A stretch of DNA of 64,000 nucleotides from Lytechinus pictus (lineage: Eukaryota), in contig NC_087245.1 in NCBI RefSeq assembly GCF_037042905.1, positions 14,756,001 to 14,820,000 on the forward strand, in the 5' to 3' direction. Positions within the stretch are counted from its first letter, which is position 1; each line of letters opens with the position of its first letter. Of this stretch, positions 12,068 to 24,933 are shown piece after piece. Below the pieces are notes generated by a model. That model was not told the origin of the DNA. It saw only the letters and a list, made by a program, of their open reading frames with translations, and did not search any database. Position numbers and translations under genes: made by a program.

Positions 12068-14671
12068 TGGATATCACAGATTCTATTCAAAAGACTATTG
12101 GCATTGTAAGAATTATTTGGGTCAAGAAATTTGATTTCTTTGATGAACAAACTGTCTTTAGATTCATAAGGGCATGAATTCTATTTATGTACTCTTAACC
12201 TAAAAATGTGATTAAATCTAAACATGCCAAACTTACAATTTGACGCTACATAACAAGGATTTGAAACAAGGATTTTTGGTGAGGGAGGAAAAAAATTCTT
12301 GAAATTGAATGTATACAATTGACTTTGCAAAAACTGTGGCATTTGAGGAATGACCTCTGGATTCAGGTTAACATTTCAGATCAATGGATCCTAAAGATTT
12401 TGTCTTTTATTTAATCAGGGTCATGGGAATATTATGAATTTATAGAACATCTCAATACTGGTGCTTTATGTACACAGCATTCTCTTCTTCTTTACCCCGC
12501 CCCCCCCCCCTCTTATGTATTACTCTGCTGCATTTACAACATTTGCACAACTTATGGTTGCAGGGATAGAAAGTTTACATTTTTGTTTTTTCATAGCATT
12601 TTAAGCTATAATGAATTGTTTCCTAGTTTAATACAGAGAACCAGGTCATTTTTAGAAAAATTATGTGGTTTTGATTATTAGGAGTGAGAAAAATATTATC
12701 TCTCTGGTTGGCAAGCCAACACCCTTATGCCAAATAAACAGTAAGTGGATACATGTACTGTATGTTGTCTATGGAGAAGTTGTCCCCATGGTTTATGTCT
12801 GGCTGTCTCCAGTTTTCATTGGAAGTACTAGTAGAAACAAAACCTGCTTCATGGTGAACCCTTCTGATGGTGTTGAAATCCTAATGAAAACTGACACTAG
12901 AGAGTAAACCGTATATAAGAGGAGTATGATTGTTAATGATTCAACAATATATGTGTTAGGTTACCAGATGTCATTCAACATTCGACATTCCTTATCTCGT
13001 AAAATTTCTATTCACCACACATTACTTATTTTTAATGTTCATTATATTCTTAGCTCCTTTGATTATTCAATATTGTCAGGGTCTTTTCGAAAACTTTTGA
13101 CATCCATTCCATAGAGAGTAGCTGTTATTTTGCAAACAAATGACATCTGGGCTAGTGTACAGAAAAAAATGATTCAACCACTTTTCCTGTCTTTTGACCT
13201 GAAAATGGTATCTTTCATTCCTTTCATATGTCATTTTAATTCATTGATTTCAAATATTTTACTACTTTTCCGAATTGAATGCTAACGTGTAAATATTCAC
13301 ATTAGTCAAGTTTCTTTCTTCCGAAGGCTTTACTACATTATTAAAGTTTAAGTATGTCCTATGTATTACATCCCGACTCCCCATCTCTCGCTAGTTATAT
13401 AGGAATACATTATTATTGATAATAATAATCTCAAGTCCTTCTATTTCTCAGAATGTTTAAAAAACAGGAGAAAATGTACTTCACGATCAATTAGCCAATC
13501 AAAATGAAGGTTGCCACTGTTTGCCACATGTAGTTAACATCGTTTGCAAAATGACAGTTTTGTGAAACTGGTCTCTGAATTGTCCCTTGTCCCTGATTGG
13601 TCACTGGTGAGATATATGGTGTAAACGTGAATCGTAAAGTTTTTACTAAATTACTGTTGCAATTTGAAAGATCAAATTTGATTACTAAGGTAAATTAATG
13701 TATGAAAATTGTTTCACCTATTTATATAGCAAAATATTCAACTTGATTCTGTTCTCATAATCACATTCACTTTTGCCTTCAAATCTTGCATAATTCATGT
13801 TGATTTGGTTATATTTCTTGTCTATCAACGAACCAGAAGTCTACATACTTAGCACAGTGTGTCAGGTGATGAGATTGAGAATGGTGTTAATGCACTGTTC
13901 AGTAAGAAGGGTGTTCAGGTTCGTGTAATTATGTTGTGTAAATATCACTGTATATGCTAGGCACAAAATATAAAGGTTGGTGTAAAGGTAAACACTGATG
14001 TTTGACTCCATGATCTTCTGTGTTTTAGCTCTATGAAAGGTGTTAACAAGTGTTGTACTTTGATTCTCTCTCAAGCATGAAAAAGATGAAGCAAAAGGAT
14101 ATGAACACATAAATCTAAACTCTGGTGCTTCAGTGTGATGTTAAAGTTTGTGTCACTTGTGTGATGAATTTTCAATGCTTGTATGGAACTGTGAAGAGAT
14201 GTATGGTACGGTACTGGAGGAAGTCTTTTAATTTCTTAACCAGATGTAAGAAACATGCTATTTAGTAAATTAAATATGATTTCTCATTTTCAGTCCATAA
14301 AGTCATTTCAAATACACCATTCCTAGCATAACTATTTTCTGCATTAGATGTACATGTTATTTATGCTTGACAGTAATGTCTGTACATTGTACTTTGTAGA
14401 GTGTAAATTACTTTATTTAACCTCTGTCATATTATTTTGCCAAGGAAGATGAACGTTATTCGGACAACACTTTGTGTACCCAGATGATACCCTTGAAAGT
14501 ATGAACTAATAATTTGTTAAACATTTTATTTCAACAATTTGGTTCATCACATTGGATATGTATCAGTATAATTATGTCAGTTATCACCATTTTTGTACAT
14601 GTATGTGGTAACAAATGAACATTAGCAGTAAAAATTGAAGCCATGGGGGGTTGTCTATAAGCAGTGACTAT

Positions 14672-14930
14672 CAAGGGGCATTCACGCATTGCCGGTTTAG
14701 ATGGCGGGGAACGGCATTTTGTTCGAGTTGGCCAGTTTGTTTTACAATGGGTTACATGGTATGTATTGCTATGTTAGGCAAGCACAAGTCAAAAGAGATT
14801 GCAAAACTTTGTAAACCACCAAAAGCGAATTGGCCAAACTCTTTAATTAAATACTCCTATTGCATCCAACTTTAAGGGGGCATCCCGCCATGAATCGCCA
14901 TCTAGACCGGACATGTCTGATCGACACTAA
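14672..14930. mobile_element. MITE with imperfect long TIRs
   Basis: CCGGTTTAGATGGCG (~14691) is inverted to CGCCATCTAGACCGG (~14896). Confidence 0.5.
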
Positions 14931-16217
14931 AGAATATGAAAACCCTAAAGGATATGAAGAGTAAAGTCTACATGGACTTTTGTATTGTAAAATTCCTTAC
15001 ATTTATTTTTTAACAGATAATATTCAAGATTTCTATCAGTGTGAGCCCTTTGCTTTATTTATTTATGCATAAGCTGAATGATTAAGAATTTATTCATTAA
15101 GAAAATTTTTGTCAAGACAATGTAGGAAAGGAATGTATGGAATACAAAAGACCATTTACAGCTTCTCATCATTGAAAAGGCATTTCATCATGTGAAATAA
15201 AAGGAACATTTGAACGTGTTGCTATATGATTCACCTTTTTTCGCAAGTATGCTGTATTGTAGAAAGTATTTTAAAGTGTTATTTAGAATCACTTATGTTG
15301 GAGGGTTTCTTATAAATATTAAATCACTTTCATAGGGCATAGTGCCAGATATATGCTATCAGTTATGGATGATGTTTCAGTACATAATGAACACTTGTCT
15401 ATCTTGAATTTATATAAAAATGGGGGATTATGAAGTTATTTTATTGTTATTGTGCCTTCAATGTGATAAATTTTGTCTATTTGTTTCAATGATTTTTATT
15501 ACTGCAAAGATAATTACATTAAATCATTAACACGTCACATGAAGAAAAGTATTAAATCTTTTTTGTTTTGTGATGGTAAACATTGTTATTCGGAAGGGGG
15601 AGTGCTTAATAATGTGTGATGTGATTGCTCAGGAATTGTAATGGTTTCAGTCACAGGAGAGATGTCATGGGATAGTAAAAAGAAGGTGTAAAATTGAGGA
15701 TAATCAGAGAAAGCATTACTATAGGAACCTTTTTGCTTTTCATGTTAACAATGTTAGTGGATTGCTATGGAAGTACATCATTAAACTTCTCAATGTTCAC
15801 TTAATACAAAGTTGGGGGAAAGAGATAAGGTTAAATTTCATAATTGCACGAAATATTTATGAATACGAAAATGAGAGAAAGTGAATTCATAAAGCAACAG
15901 GATTTAAAGAACAAGAGTGATAATGAATGATGAGGATTATTCCTTTACATCATTAATCTTTCCTGAAAGTGACCTTTCTAATACTCTGCTCTATTTCATT
16001 ACAACATGGTGAGGGCACTTTCTTTAGTCGTCGATCCTAATATAAAATATTGACGAAGCCAGTGTTTTCAATGAACAAAACTCCAATTACTAGGAATGTT
16101 ACTGCAAAGGACAGACTAGAATCATCTATAAGACCTATACACGTAAAGAAAATACTTTTATATTAACTAATGGTTTCAGCTTAAAATTCCAAACAAATAA
16201 AATAATGAATTACCTGG

Positions 16218-16372
16218 TGGGCATTTCATAAAGCTGTTAGCAAGATATGAACGACTTTACGAATGACTGGTGACCCTAACATCAGAGATTTGGTTTACCG
16301 GTATATCATAATAAAGAGTCATCAGTCGTTCGTAAAGTCGCTCATAACTTACGAACAACTTTGTGAAACACC
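16218..16372. mobile_element. Fold-back MITE, ~155 bp
   Basis: TTTCATAAAGCTGTT...CGACTTTACGAATGACTG versus CAGTCGTTCGTAAAGTCG...AACAACTTTGTGAAA. Confidence 0.65.
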
Positions 16373-16406
16373 TGCCAGACCAAAATTCTTCAGAAAATTA
16401 TCTTAA

Positions 16407-16830
16407 AGGGAAAAAAAAATAAGAAAAAATGTTGGTGAAAGTTTGAGGAAAATCAAATTAAAAAAAAAAATTAGTAGAATTTGTGACATCATATGCGAAC
16501 AGCTTCCCATGTAACGTGAATTAAAAAGTCAACTAAAGTAATTTTATCAAAAAATGAAAATGGGTTTTATTGTATCTTCATTATATCAATAAGCAAATTA
16601 TTTCACACCCTCAACTGAAAGAAGAAAATTTTCAGTCATCATGAACCATTAAAAAAAATTATTTTATATGACATAACATATGGGGCAGCTGCTCGTATAT
16701 GATGTCATAAATCAAATAACCTAAAATTTTAATAACTCTTAATCTTTATGGATTTTCCTCAAATCTTCAGCAATATATTTTTTCTGGTATTTTTCTAACA
16801 AACTTATCGCCAGTAGGGTAAAATTCCCCT
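16407..16830. mobile_element. TTAA-target MITE; a 5' fragment of a related copy lies at ~16932-17033
   Basis: TTAA|AGGG...CCCCT|TTAA boundaries; internal inverted GTGACATCATATGCGAACAGCT / AGCTGCTCGTATATGATGTCA. Confidence 0.65.
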
Positions 16831-17261
16831 TTAAGAGACACAGATCCGAAGCTTCCTGTTTGAAGATGATTGATAGATACGATTGAAGATGAACCATTTA
16901 TCATATTAATGGGCTGCTTATTAAAAGAAAGTTAAAGGGGAGGTTCACCCTGACAAAAGTTTATTGTAAAAATAATGAATAGCAGAAAAAGTAACAAAAA
17001 TATTGGTAAAGGCTTGACGAAAATCCATTGATTAAATACACAAAAGACTTTTATATATATTATGTATGACACCACACTGATAGCAAATTGAGTGTGAGTG
17101 TCAACTAATTAACTGTAAATGCACACCGAAAACGTTATTAATATATGCAGACGATCGTGGGACCCTCGACAGTGCGGGTGAACGTACGTGAGTGCGTGGT
17201 AATGATTTGTTGGAAGCTCAATCAAGCACCTGTTTCACGATCCGGCTGAAATCAATACTGC

Positions 17262-17275
17262 GTTGCTATGGCGCG
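17262..17275 (+). promoter_or_regulatory. Possible RFX X-box-like motif
   Basis: GTTGCTATGGCGCG: the left half and spacer match the X-box consensus GTYNCYATRGNAAC but the right half is imperfect. It lies ~200 bp upstream of ATG 17470. Confidence 0.3.
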
Positions 17276-17469
17276 CTACCAACCCTATTGTTTACGTAGC
17301 ACACACGCGCTGAATCCACCAGCCTGACTTACCGTACAACAACACACAGCACAGGCTAAGGAAAAGACACGCACAACAGACAGAAAAACACCGGAAAATC
17401 CTTCGCGAAGTACATAAATTGGGGGAGATATCTATTAATTTCTGAAACTTTAGAACACTAAGTGTAAAT

Positions 17470-20400
17470 ATGGCCGACCAAGAGCAAGAAGAGGTATGTA
17501 TTAACTTTTACAGTGAGTTTTCTTACGTACAAAAAGCAAGTCTTGAAAGAAAGAAATAAGTTATTGAAGAAGAAATTACTCATTTACTTATAAAATATAG
17601 TGTTACATGTACTAGTTGTCTAGTAGTATATACAAGTAATCTCAGGTATACTATTGCTGAATACTCCGCTGCTTCTTATACTCAGACAGATATTCATCTC
17701 CAAAGAGAATAAACCTCAATTTTGAAGAAATATAGATCTACAAGCAGTAGGATCGATCTGTATTCCAATATATATGCTTCCGAATAATTTGAATATACTT
17801 CTGTAAATAAGCTCGGAATAGGTTTGGTGTTCCTTGAAATACATGTGTAGAGATCTACATGCAGGCTATTTTGAGATGAAATGTATGGAAACTGGCAGAT
17901 TTGTAAAATAGTCCTGAATACAGACTTGCATTTAACAATTGTATATTCTCGCACATTTCCTTAATACAACACATTCTTTTTAAACATACCTAGAGGTCTA
18001 CTTATTTTATCTTACACCATTAAAATGCAAATATAATATAAATAGATACTTGAATTCCATTCATATTCTTAGGATTTTATTGAGATGAATCAATTCAAAC
18101 ATAGTCCATGAAATATTCCCATAAATCTAGTTCCTTTGTGTTGTATAGTAGTATGAAAATTTATATCCTTTTTTTTTACTTACCAAGCAGGTTAGTCAAC
18201 AACAAGAAGAAAAAGAAGAACAAAAAGAAGAAGAAAAGAAAGAAGAAAAAGAAGAACAAACAGAAGAAGAAAAGAAAGAAGAAAAGAAAAAAGACAAAAA
18301 CAAAGGTAAAGAAATCAACTGTGTTTTCATGGGCGTCAGTGCAGAGGATTATCTTCTTTTTTTTGGGGGGGGGGACGCATTAATAGATGTTCCCCATAAA
18401 AAAAAAAAAGGTAATCCTTTGCACTGACTTCCATTAGTGTTCTGCATTTCCATGGTAGAAATTAATGTTCATTTTAAGATGTAAGGTACTGAACATTAAT
18501 TTGAAACTTACAGTGGATAAGAAAACTAGATATATTAAAGGAAAGTGTCCACTGTCAAGTTAATACATTTATATGTTTGGCAAATTACTACAAAGGTTTT
18601 TTTTCTGAAGTTCTGTTATTGCTGATTTTGTCCGTTTCTAAACTCATGGGTATAGATCCAAAATGCCATAGAACAAGATGAAAATTAAGTGAATTAAAGC
18701 ATACTTCTCACCAGTCAAATGAAAAAAAAACTAGATTTAAAAAAGTAGAACTAATGCAAGTATTTCCCACAGAAAAAAAGGAGGAAATTTGTTATTACCG
18801 GTAATACAAAAAGCTGAATCTCTTTTCGCAAGAGGTATATACATGTAGGTACGCTGACAAGGTGGACAGATGGTGGTGGTGGGGGGGGGGGGGGGGGTAC
18901 ATACATGTATTCCACTGGATACCTTGCTTGCAGTGTGATGTCTTTTATTTCTAGCACTTGCACTTGCAGTATAGGTTTAACATGGAGATTCCTTTTATTT
19001 CTTTATTTCAGAGGGAGGAAGTGATAAAGGATTAAGCCCGAGAGATAAGAGAAACAAAGCTTTCATTGCCGCTGAGTTCAATAGGTTGAGAGAGAGTTTG
19101 GATGTAGAGAAGACTAGAATAACAAAACCAGAATGGTGAGTTGTTTTATTTCAAATTTTATCTACCCATCAGAAGTATTATATCAGTATTTATATCTGTA
19201 TTTGTAAAGTTGCTGAATTTGTAAATGCTTTGAAAATGAAATGATATTCATTTTAGTTAATACCCTATTTTTGCATGTCTCTGATTAGAAACAATAGAAT
19301 TGAACATTAAGCAAATTTCAAATTGTTATTTTAGTTTATCATAGTAAATGTTTGAAAATACAAAGATTTCTGTTGTTAGCAATGAATTTAAAACACTATA
19401 TTAAAAATGTAGCTTTATGAATGAAGTTGGTCTATAAGAATGGATTCTCGTACCAGTTTCTATCTTGTTTAAAACACAAGAAATATGTGTAAGCTATAAT
19501 TCACCATCATGGGTGTAGTGTTACATTTGCTTTAAAAATTTGTTTAAGAAAAATTACTGCTCTTTAAACTAGCATAAAACAATGTCTTGGGTCATGTAGA
19601 CTTACATGTACATGTATGATTTTGCTAATCAGATGTTTTTCTTGATGGGTTGACTTATTATTAATTTTTGTTTCTAATTTACTCCTACAGCAAAGAATAT
19701 TCCCCTTTTATCTGGACAAGTTTAGAACCTTACCACAATACATACACAGTCAACTATCTTTTAGATTATGTAAGTATCCCTTATCTTCCATCTTTTCTAA
19801 GATAAAGTAATATACACCTGTAAAGGTCTTTGAATAGGTCTCTAATTCTTGCCCAACATAAATATTTTGATATTAAGGCACAGTAACATAAGCTGTGTCA
19901 TTAATTAGCAGGAATTCTACTTGGCATCTTTTCTTAACAACTTTTCTGCATTCCCCATTATTGTCAATTGATGCTGAAATGGGAGAAATTACAATGATGT
20001 GAGTGGAGTCGGTTTCTTGTACAAAGATGTTGCTTTGACTTTCATAAGGAGCTGAGGTGTATTTGAACAGGTCGCTTTGCAGTATTACAATAAAAATCAG
20101 AATCATATTGAAGCCAATGCATGTTTGAAATACAGATTTTTGCACATATCATTACTGTACATTTATATTGTGAATCTTTAAATGTCAGTTTATTTGTTTT
20201 GCTTATTTATGTGTGTTTGAACATACAAGCTCAAAGTTTGCATTGCCAATAATTCATGAAATATATGAACACGAAATTTCAGCTCACTCAATGAAGAAGA
20301 AAAGTTAGTGAAAGAACTTACATAAGACATAGGCAGATGCTAAAACCTTGCATCTACATAAAAAAGATTAAATTATCAGGAGAGTAAAAAAAAATGACTG

Positions 20401-23357
20401 CAATATGTCATGGCCCTGGGAAGCAGGGGTGCTGTGTGTATTATTTTCTATAGGCAACACCCCCATGAATTCTTGGTATTTTTTTTTGCCTGTCAAATTT
20501 ACATCAGCACCCCCAGTTAAAAAATTGTCCATAGGGCCCTGCAATATGTGTAACACGTATAGAATTAGGATAGTCTGCCCTTTGACTTGAGGATATACAT
20601 GTCACATGTACATGTAGTCAGGATATGGATAGGACATTGATTCAAAATAATAATTTTTACCAATTGTGAAAAAGATCGATCATTAAAAATCAAGCTTATA
20701 TTAACCCATCAACAATGAATAAAATCAATTTCTACACTGCAATGAGAGTCATCGGTATACATGTTGCTATATCAAGTTTCCCAAAGATTTAAACTGTTTT
20801 CTATTTTGAATTCCCTTCTGATAGCCTGAGCATGTTCAACATGGGTACATCACGCGGAAGACAGCCATTGGCATCGTCGACCCTGAAGTCTCTCATAACA
20901 TGGATGTGTAAGTCTGCAACTATTCAGTTTCTTAGATGGCATATTTTTTGTGTTGAAGTATTTCATACTTATCTCTTTCCATTCCCCTGATACATCAAAA
21001 TTCTTTAAACGCTTTTTTCCGTAAACTTGTGTTTTAAGCTTCGTGTAGGAGAGTTAAAAGATTAATACCTTTGTTTTGCATTGTTATTCAGGAGGCTAAA
21101 ATATGTAACCTCTGTACTTAGCCAGGGGGTGATACCCTTGCCCATGCCATAAGTGTTTCTGGGATATGACCATACTACCCACAATTTCATCTTTTTCTAT
21201 GCTCAAAATCTTTCAATTTCACTTAAGAAATTCAAAAGCACCCTAATGACAAGCTCAGTCGCTTTGCTGTTCACTCACTTTCGAGTTTCTTCAAATTTTT
21301 TTACAGGTCTTGCCCGTCCCCCCGCTCCCAGGAAAAGAATTCTGCCTATGGCCATGTTTTGATGGTACATGTATTTACACATGTCAGGACACACAGAATG
21401 TTAGAAGAATGATAATGCCATTGTCATGCAGTCAGTATTTTTACATGTTTTTAATAATCTGAATTACATGTATGTTTAAAATTGTTATGCTACTGTACTT
21501 GTAAATGATAACTACATTATTTTGTATGTAGATGTATTTTTTCACTTCAATTAGTTTGATTGTTGGTGATTTTTAAAATTTATTTATTTATTTCTTCCAA
21601 TAGATCATTAGATGAGGTTCCAAAGTCCAGTCCAAGATCACCAAGGGAAGAGTATGATGTGTAAGTATCATGTCCAGTGCCAGGAATGTCTATGCATGTT
21701 ACGGATGGGGGAGGGGTGGAAAATGATGAAAAAAAGTCCAAAATAATATTCTCATGCCAAGTTTAGTGTTTATATTGTTTTCCAATGCTTTTTAAAACAT
21801 TTATATGCATTGCATGTTATGAATTTTTTAAGTTGTCCAAATTTTTNNNNNNNNNNNNNNNNNNNNNNNNNNNNNNNNNNNNNNNNNNNNNNNNNNNNNN
21901 NNNNNNNNNNNNNNNNNNNNNNNNNNNNNNNNNNNNNNNNNNNNNNNNNNNNNNNNNNNNNNNNNNNNNNNNNNNNNNNNNNNNNNNNNNNNNNNNNNNN
22001 NNNNNNNNNNNNNNNNNNNGCAGCAGTAGTAGTAGAAATGTAGGAAGAAGGGAGGAGCAGGAAACATTCTTCATAATAGTGGTGGTTGTTGCTGTCACAG
22101 TAGCATTAGTAGTAGAAGAAGCTGCCATTGTAGCAGTTCATGGTCATATGAGTCATAGTTGGTGTTGGTCATGGTCATCGTACAAGCAGTTATAGTAGGA
22201 GGAGTAACAGCAGTGCTGTAGTAACACAGTAGTATTGGATGTGGTGATGGTAATTGTCTTTAGATCTGTTCTAGTTTACTTCATGTAATATGTCTTATAT
22301 TTTCATTAATTCCAGACCAAAGATCCAAAGAGGAGAGAAGGCCAAGGCAGCCAAGGGAAGTACCAGATTACCCCAGTGGCCGGTCGTCAAGTATAACAGA
22401 CCATCTATGGCCAACGAGAGGCAACTGAATTGGGGCGATGTTCCCAAATTAAGGTAAGCCTACAACATCATTCGTTTTTTGATGGATCCTAACGGCAGTG
22501 GATCCAGCAGTTTCACACGACTATTTCATGGCCCATATTGTTTGTGCACACTGGTAGGCCTTGCAAATGTGTTGTGTCTAATCAGGTTGGATCTGCTTCT
22601 GCTGTCAATATTTTATTCCACAAATAAGTACAGTGAAATTATATTGAATTTTGTTCATATTTTTCTTGCAAATTTTGTATTTATTTTTCTTGCAAGAAGT
22701 TAAAATTATTGCATTGCATGATCAGGAGAATTATGAATATATCTTAGGAAATGAAATGTACATGTATGGTCCTTGCATGTGAGAAATGTCTGTTTTTAGA
22801 TCTCTTCTAACTAAATCTGATATATCTTATTGGCTCAAATGTCTTTCTTTGAATGTTTTTTTATGCTATTTTACTGCATGTTTGTTGTCTTGCCTGACTG
22901 CCAGATTGTAATGTCCATCTCAAGACTGATATTTATCCCCTGATAACTGTAAAAGTCCAACTGAACAGATTTTATGGAAGATTTTGTAAAATATAAAAGT
23001 GACAAATTTCTTTTTTTTTCTAAACTGCATGTAGGATGTATGTATGTATCCCATCATATTTGCTAATGCACAAAATCATTATAAGTTTGCAGTATGGCAT
23101 GATAGACTAAGTTTGTGTATTCATTGATTTATCATTTTAGAGAGGACCTGCACACGAAGTACAGCAGTAACGCCCAGGACAGAATGAAATATGACTCTAA
23201 GCGGACCAAGCATGACTGGTATCGGATGGATTTAGCAGAACTCAAAGACATCAATGAAGTCAGCCGTAGCCACATGAAAATAACCTGCCACGCCTACCTA
23301 GGGACCTCAGCGGGCTCCAAGAAAGCCATCGCCTCATTGGCTAAAGTCCTTGAATGA
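17470..23357 (+). CDS. Uncharacterised 278-aa protein with an acidic/basic low-complexity N-terminus
   Basis: Exons 17470-17493, 18191-18305, 19012-19135, 19691-19769, 20825-20907, 21604-21660, 22316-22453 and 23141-23357 (837 nt; all GT-AG; phases 0,1,2,0,2,2,2 join without stops). Translation MADQEQEEVSQQQEEKEEQK...EGGSDKGLSPRDKRNKAFIAAEFNRLRESLD...YSPFIWTSLEPYHNTYTVNYLLDYPEHVQHGY...RLPQWPVVKY...LNWGDVPKLREDL...TKHDWYRMDLAEL...TCHAYLGTSAGSKKAIASLAKVLE*. The gap at 21847-22019 could hide a symmetric exon. Confidence 0.85.
20409..20541. mobile_element. 133-bp hAT-type MITE with a perfect 8-bp TSD
   Basis: CAATATGT|CATGGCCCT...AGGGCCCTG|CAATATGT; internal GGGGTGCTG / CAGCACCCC. Confidence 0.85.
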
Positions 23358-23533
23358 AACTCTGATCGGCCAATCACACGAGCTGTTTTATATATATAAA
23401 GACTCTTTTAAAATCCTGTAAATAGCTGGAATATTTTATTAAAGGATTGTATTTTGATGTCTCTTCCAAATCTTGTTTCTTACCTCAAAGGTGTCTTCAT
23501 GTTTCTGGCCGACTGAAACGCATTAGAGAACAC

Positions 23534-23712
23534 TAGTGGATCCAGGATATGGGGAATGGGGCAAATTAGCTGCGATTCTAAATTTGATGAAGCTTTATGA
23601 AACGCATTCTCAAAGCTCATCCCTAATTTACTCTCCTTTCACCAATAGATGCCATTTTCTCTCTTTGCTATGGGCGTGTCAATCGGGGGGAAATTCTTTG
23701 ACCTGGATCCAC
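23534..23712. mobile_element. Short MITE downstream of the 278-aa gene stop (probable 3' UTR)
   Basis: GTGGATCCAGG ... CCTGGATCCAC inverted termini. Confidence 0.5.
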
Positions 23713-24737
23713 CTCATGTGAATCAAAATTGGGGTATACATGAGATTGAGGCTTCAATATATAGATATCAAGGTCAGAAGTGTGGTCTCACAGCAATTCA
23801 AAGAGCCTATGTGACACTGGTTGTCAGCAGTACAAGTCTTCTGCTCCAACCAACTGATAAATGCCTTGCGTGAGGATCTCTTGTTTGGAACCATCACGAT
23901 ACTCCAGTTCAGTACTGTATAGGAATCCTGTTTCACCTATGCATACCAAAACCTGGCTAGTGCTTGCCAGACAGACAAAATTTCTATTTGGTATACTGTA
24001 TTCATTTATGTAAGACTATGCAACTTTTCTACATGTGTAGAACAATAATTGTACGGATATTCTGTATTGTCTTCAATTCTTATGATTTTTGCTTTAATTT
24101 TTTTTTTGGGGGGTGCCTGGAATTGTTTTAGTGTTGGCAATCGTGAGTGTGCTGGTAAAACTTGCCCAAAGTGATGTCGTAAGTGATTTTTTTTTTCCTT
24201 TCAGAGAAGCAAACTACAGTCTCAATCTCACCGGAGAGCTGCATGCAATGTCAAGGAAATCATATCACTTTGAATGCTACAACCACCTAGTATGTTGTCA
24301 AAATGGGACTTTGTAAGAAACTCCCAGTTTGTATTCAAGTGTTTTTGTTCTTTCTTTTTTTCTTCTGGTGGGGGGGGGGGCTCAAATTGACTCATAATGG
24401 GTCATAAAACAGCAGCTGATCAACAGAATTCACAGCTTATTTTAAGGTTGATAATATTAGTGGATAAATAATCTTTTCTTCTGTGGAAATTTTAGAGATG
24501 TCTTAGAGTAGTTGCAGCCACTTCAGGATCTTGATGCAGTGTTGCACATATTTCAGATGACAATGAAACATATATGCTTCCTTGGCAAGGTAACATTAAA
24601 CATACAATTGTGTGTAATCACAAAAAGTCTGTAGCAAACAAGCATTTACGATCAATTATAAATGTTAATTGTATATCTTTATTTTACAGGGTCCAGGGGG
24701 CCAAGGAATTGTCTCAAGTTTTATTTTCATTTCAAAT

Positions 24738-24933
24738 ATGGCGTACCTGGGATTTTTCACAGGGGGGGCAAAACCGTCCGCCAAAAAATTTGACAAGCCC
24801 AAAAAAAAAAAAAAAAAAAAAGGTCTTCAATCTCGTCAGGGGGGGCAGGGATACGTCCTTTGCATGGGTTGTGGCTCGTGAGGGGGGCAGACTGCCCCCT
24901 CTGCCCCCTCCCCCCCCCCCCGTAGGTACGCTG
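24738..24933. mobile_element. G/C-tract MITE
   Basis: GCGTACCT ... AGGTACGC inverted termini enclosing poly-G, poly-A and poly-C tracts; no clear TSD. Confidence 0.55.

Noticed and set aside
18108-18383. Poly-lysine ORF (91 aa)
   Set aside because: Wrong frame of the E/K-rich exon 18191-18305; only the alternative frame fits the flanking splice phases.
21785-22195. ORFs spanning N runs (also 43521-44015 and 46041-46724)
   Set aside because: Artefacts of assembly gaps and simple repeats.
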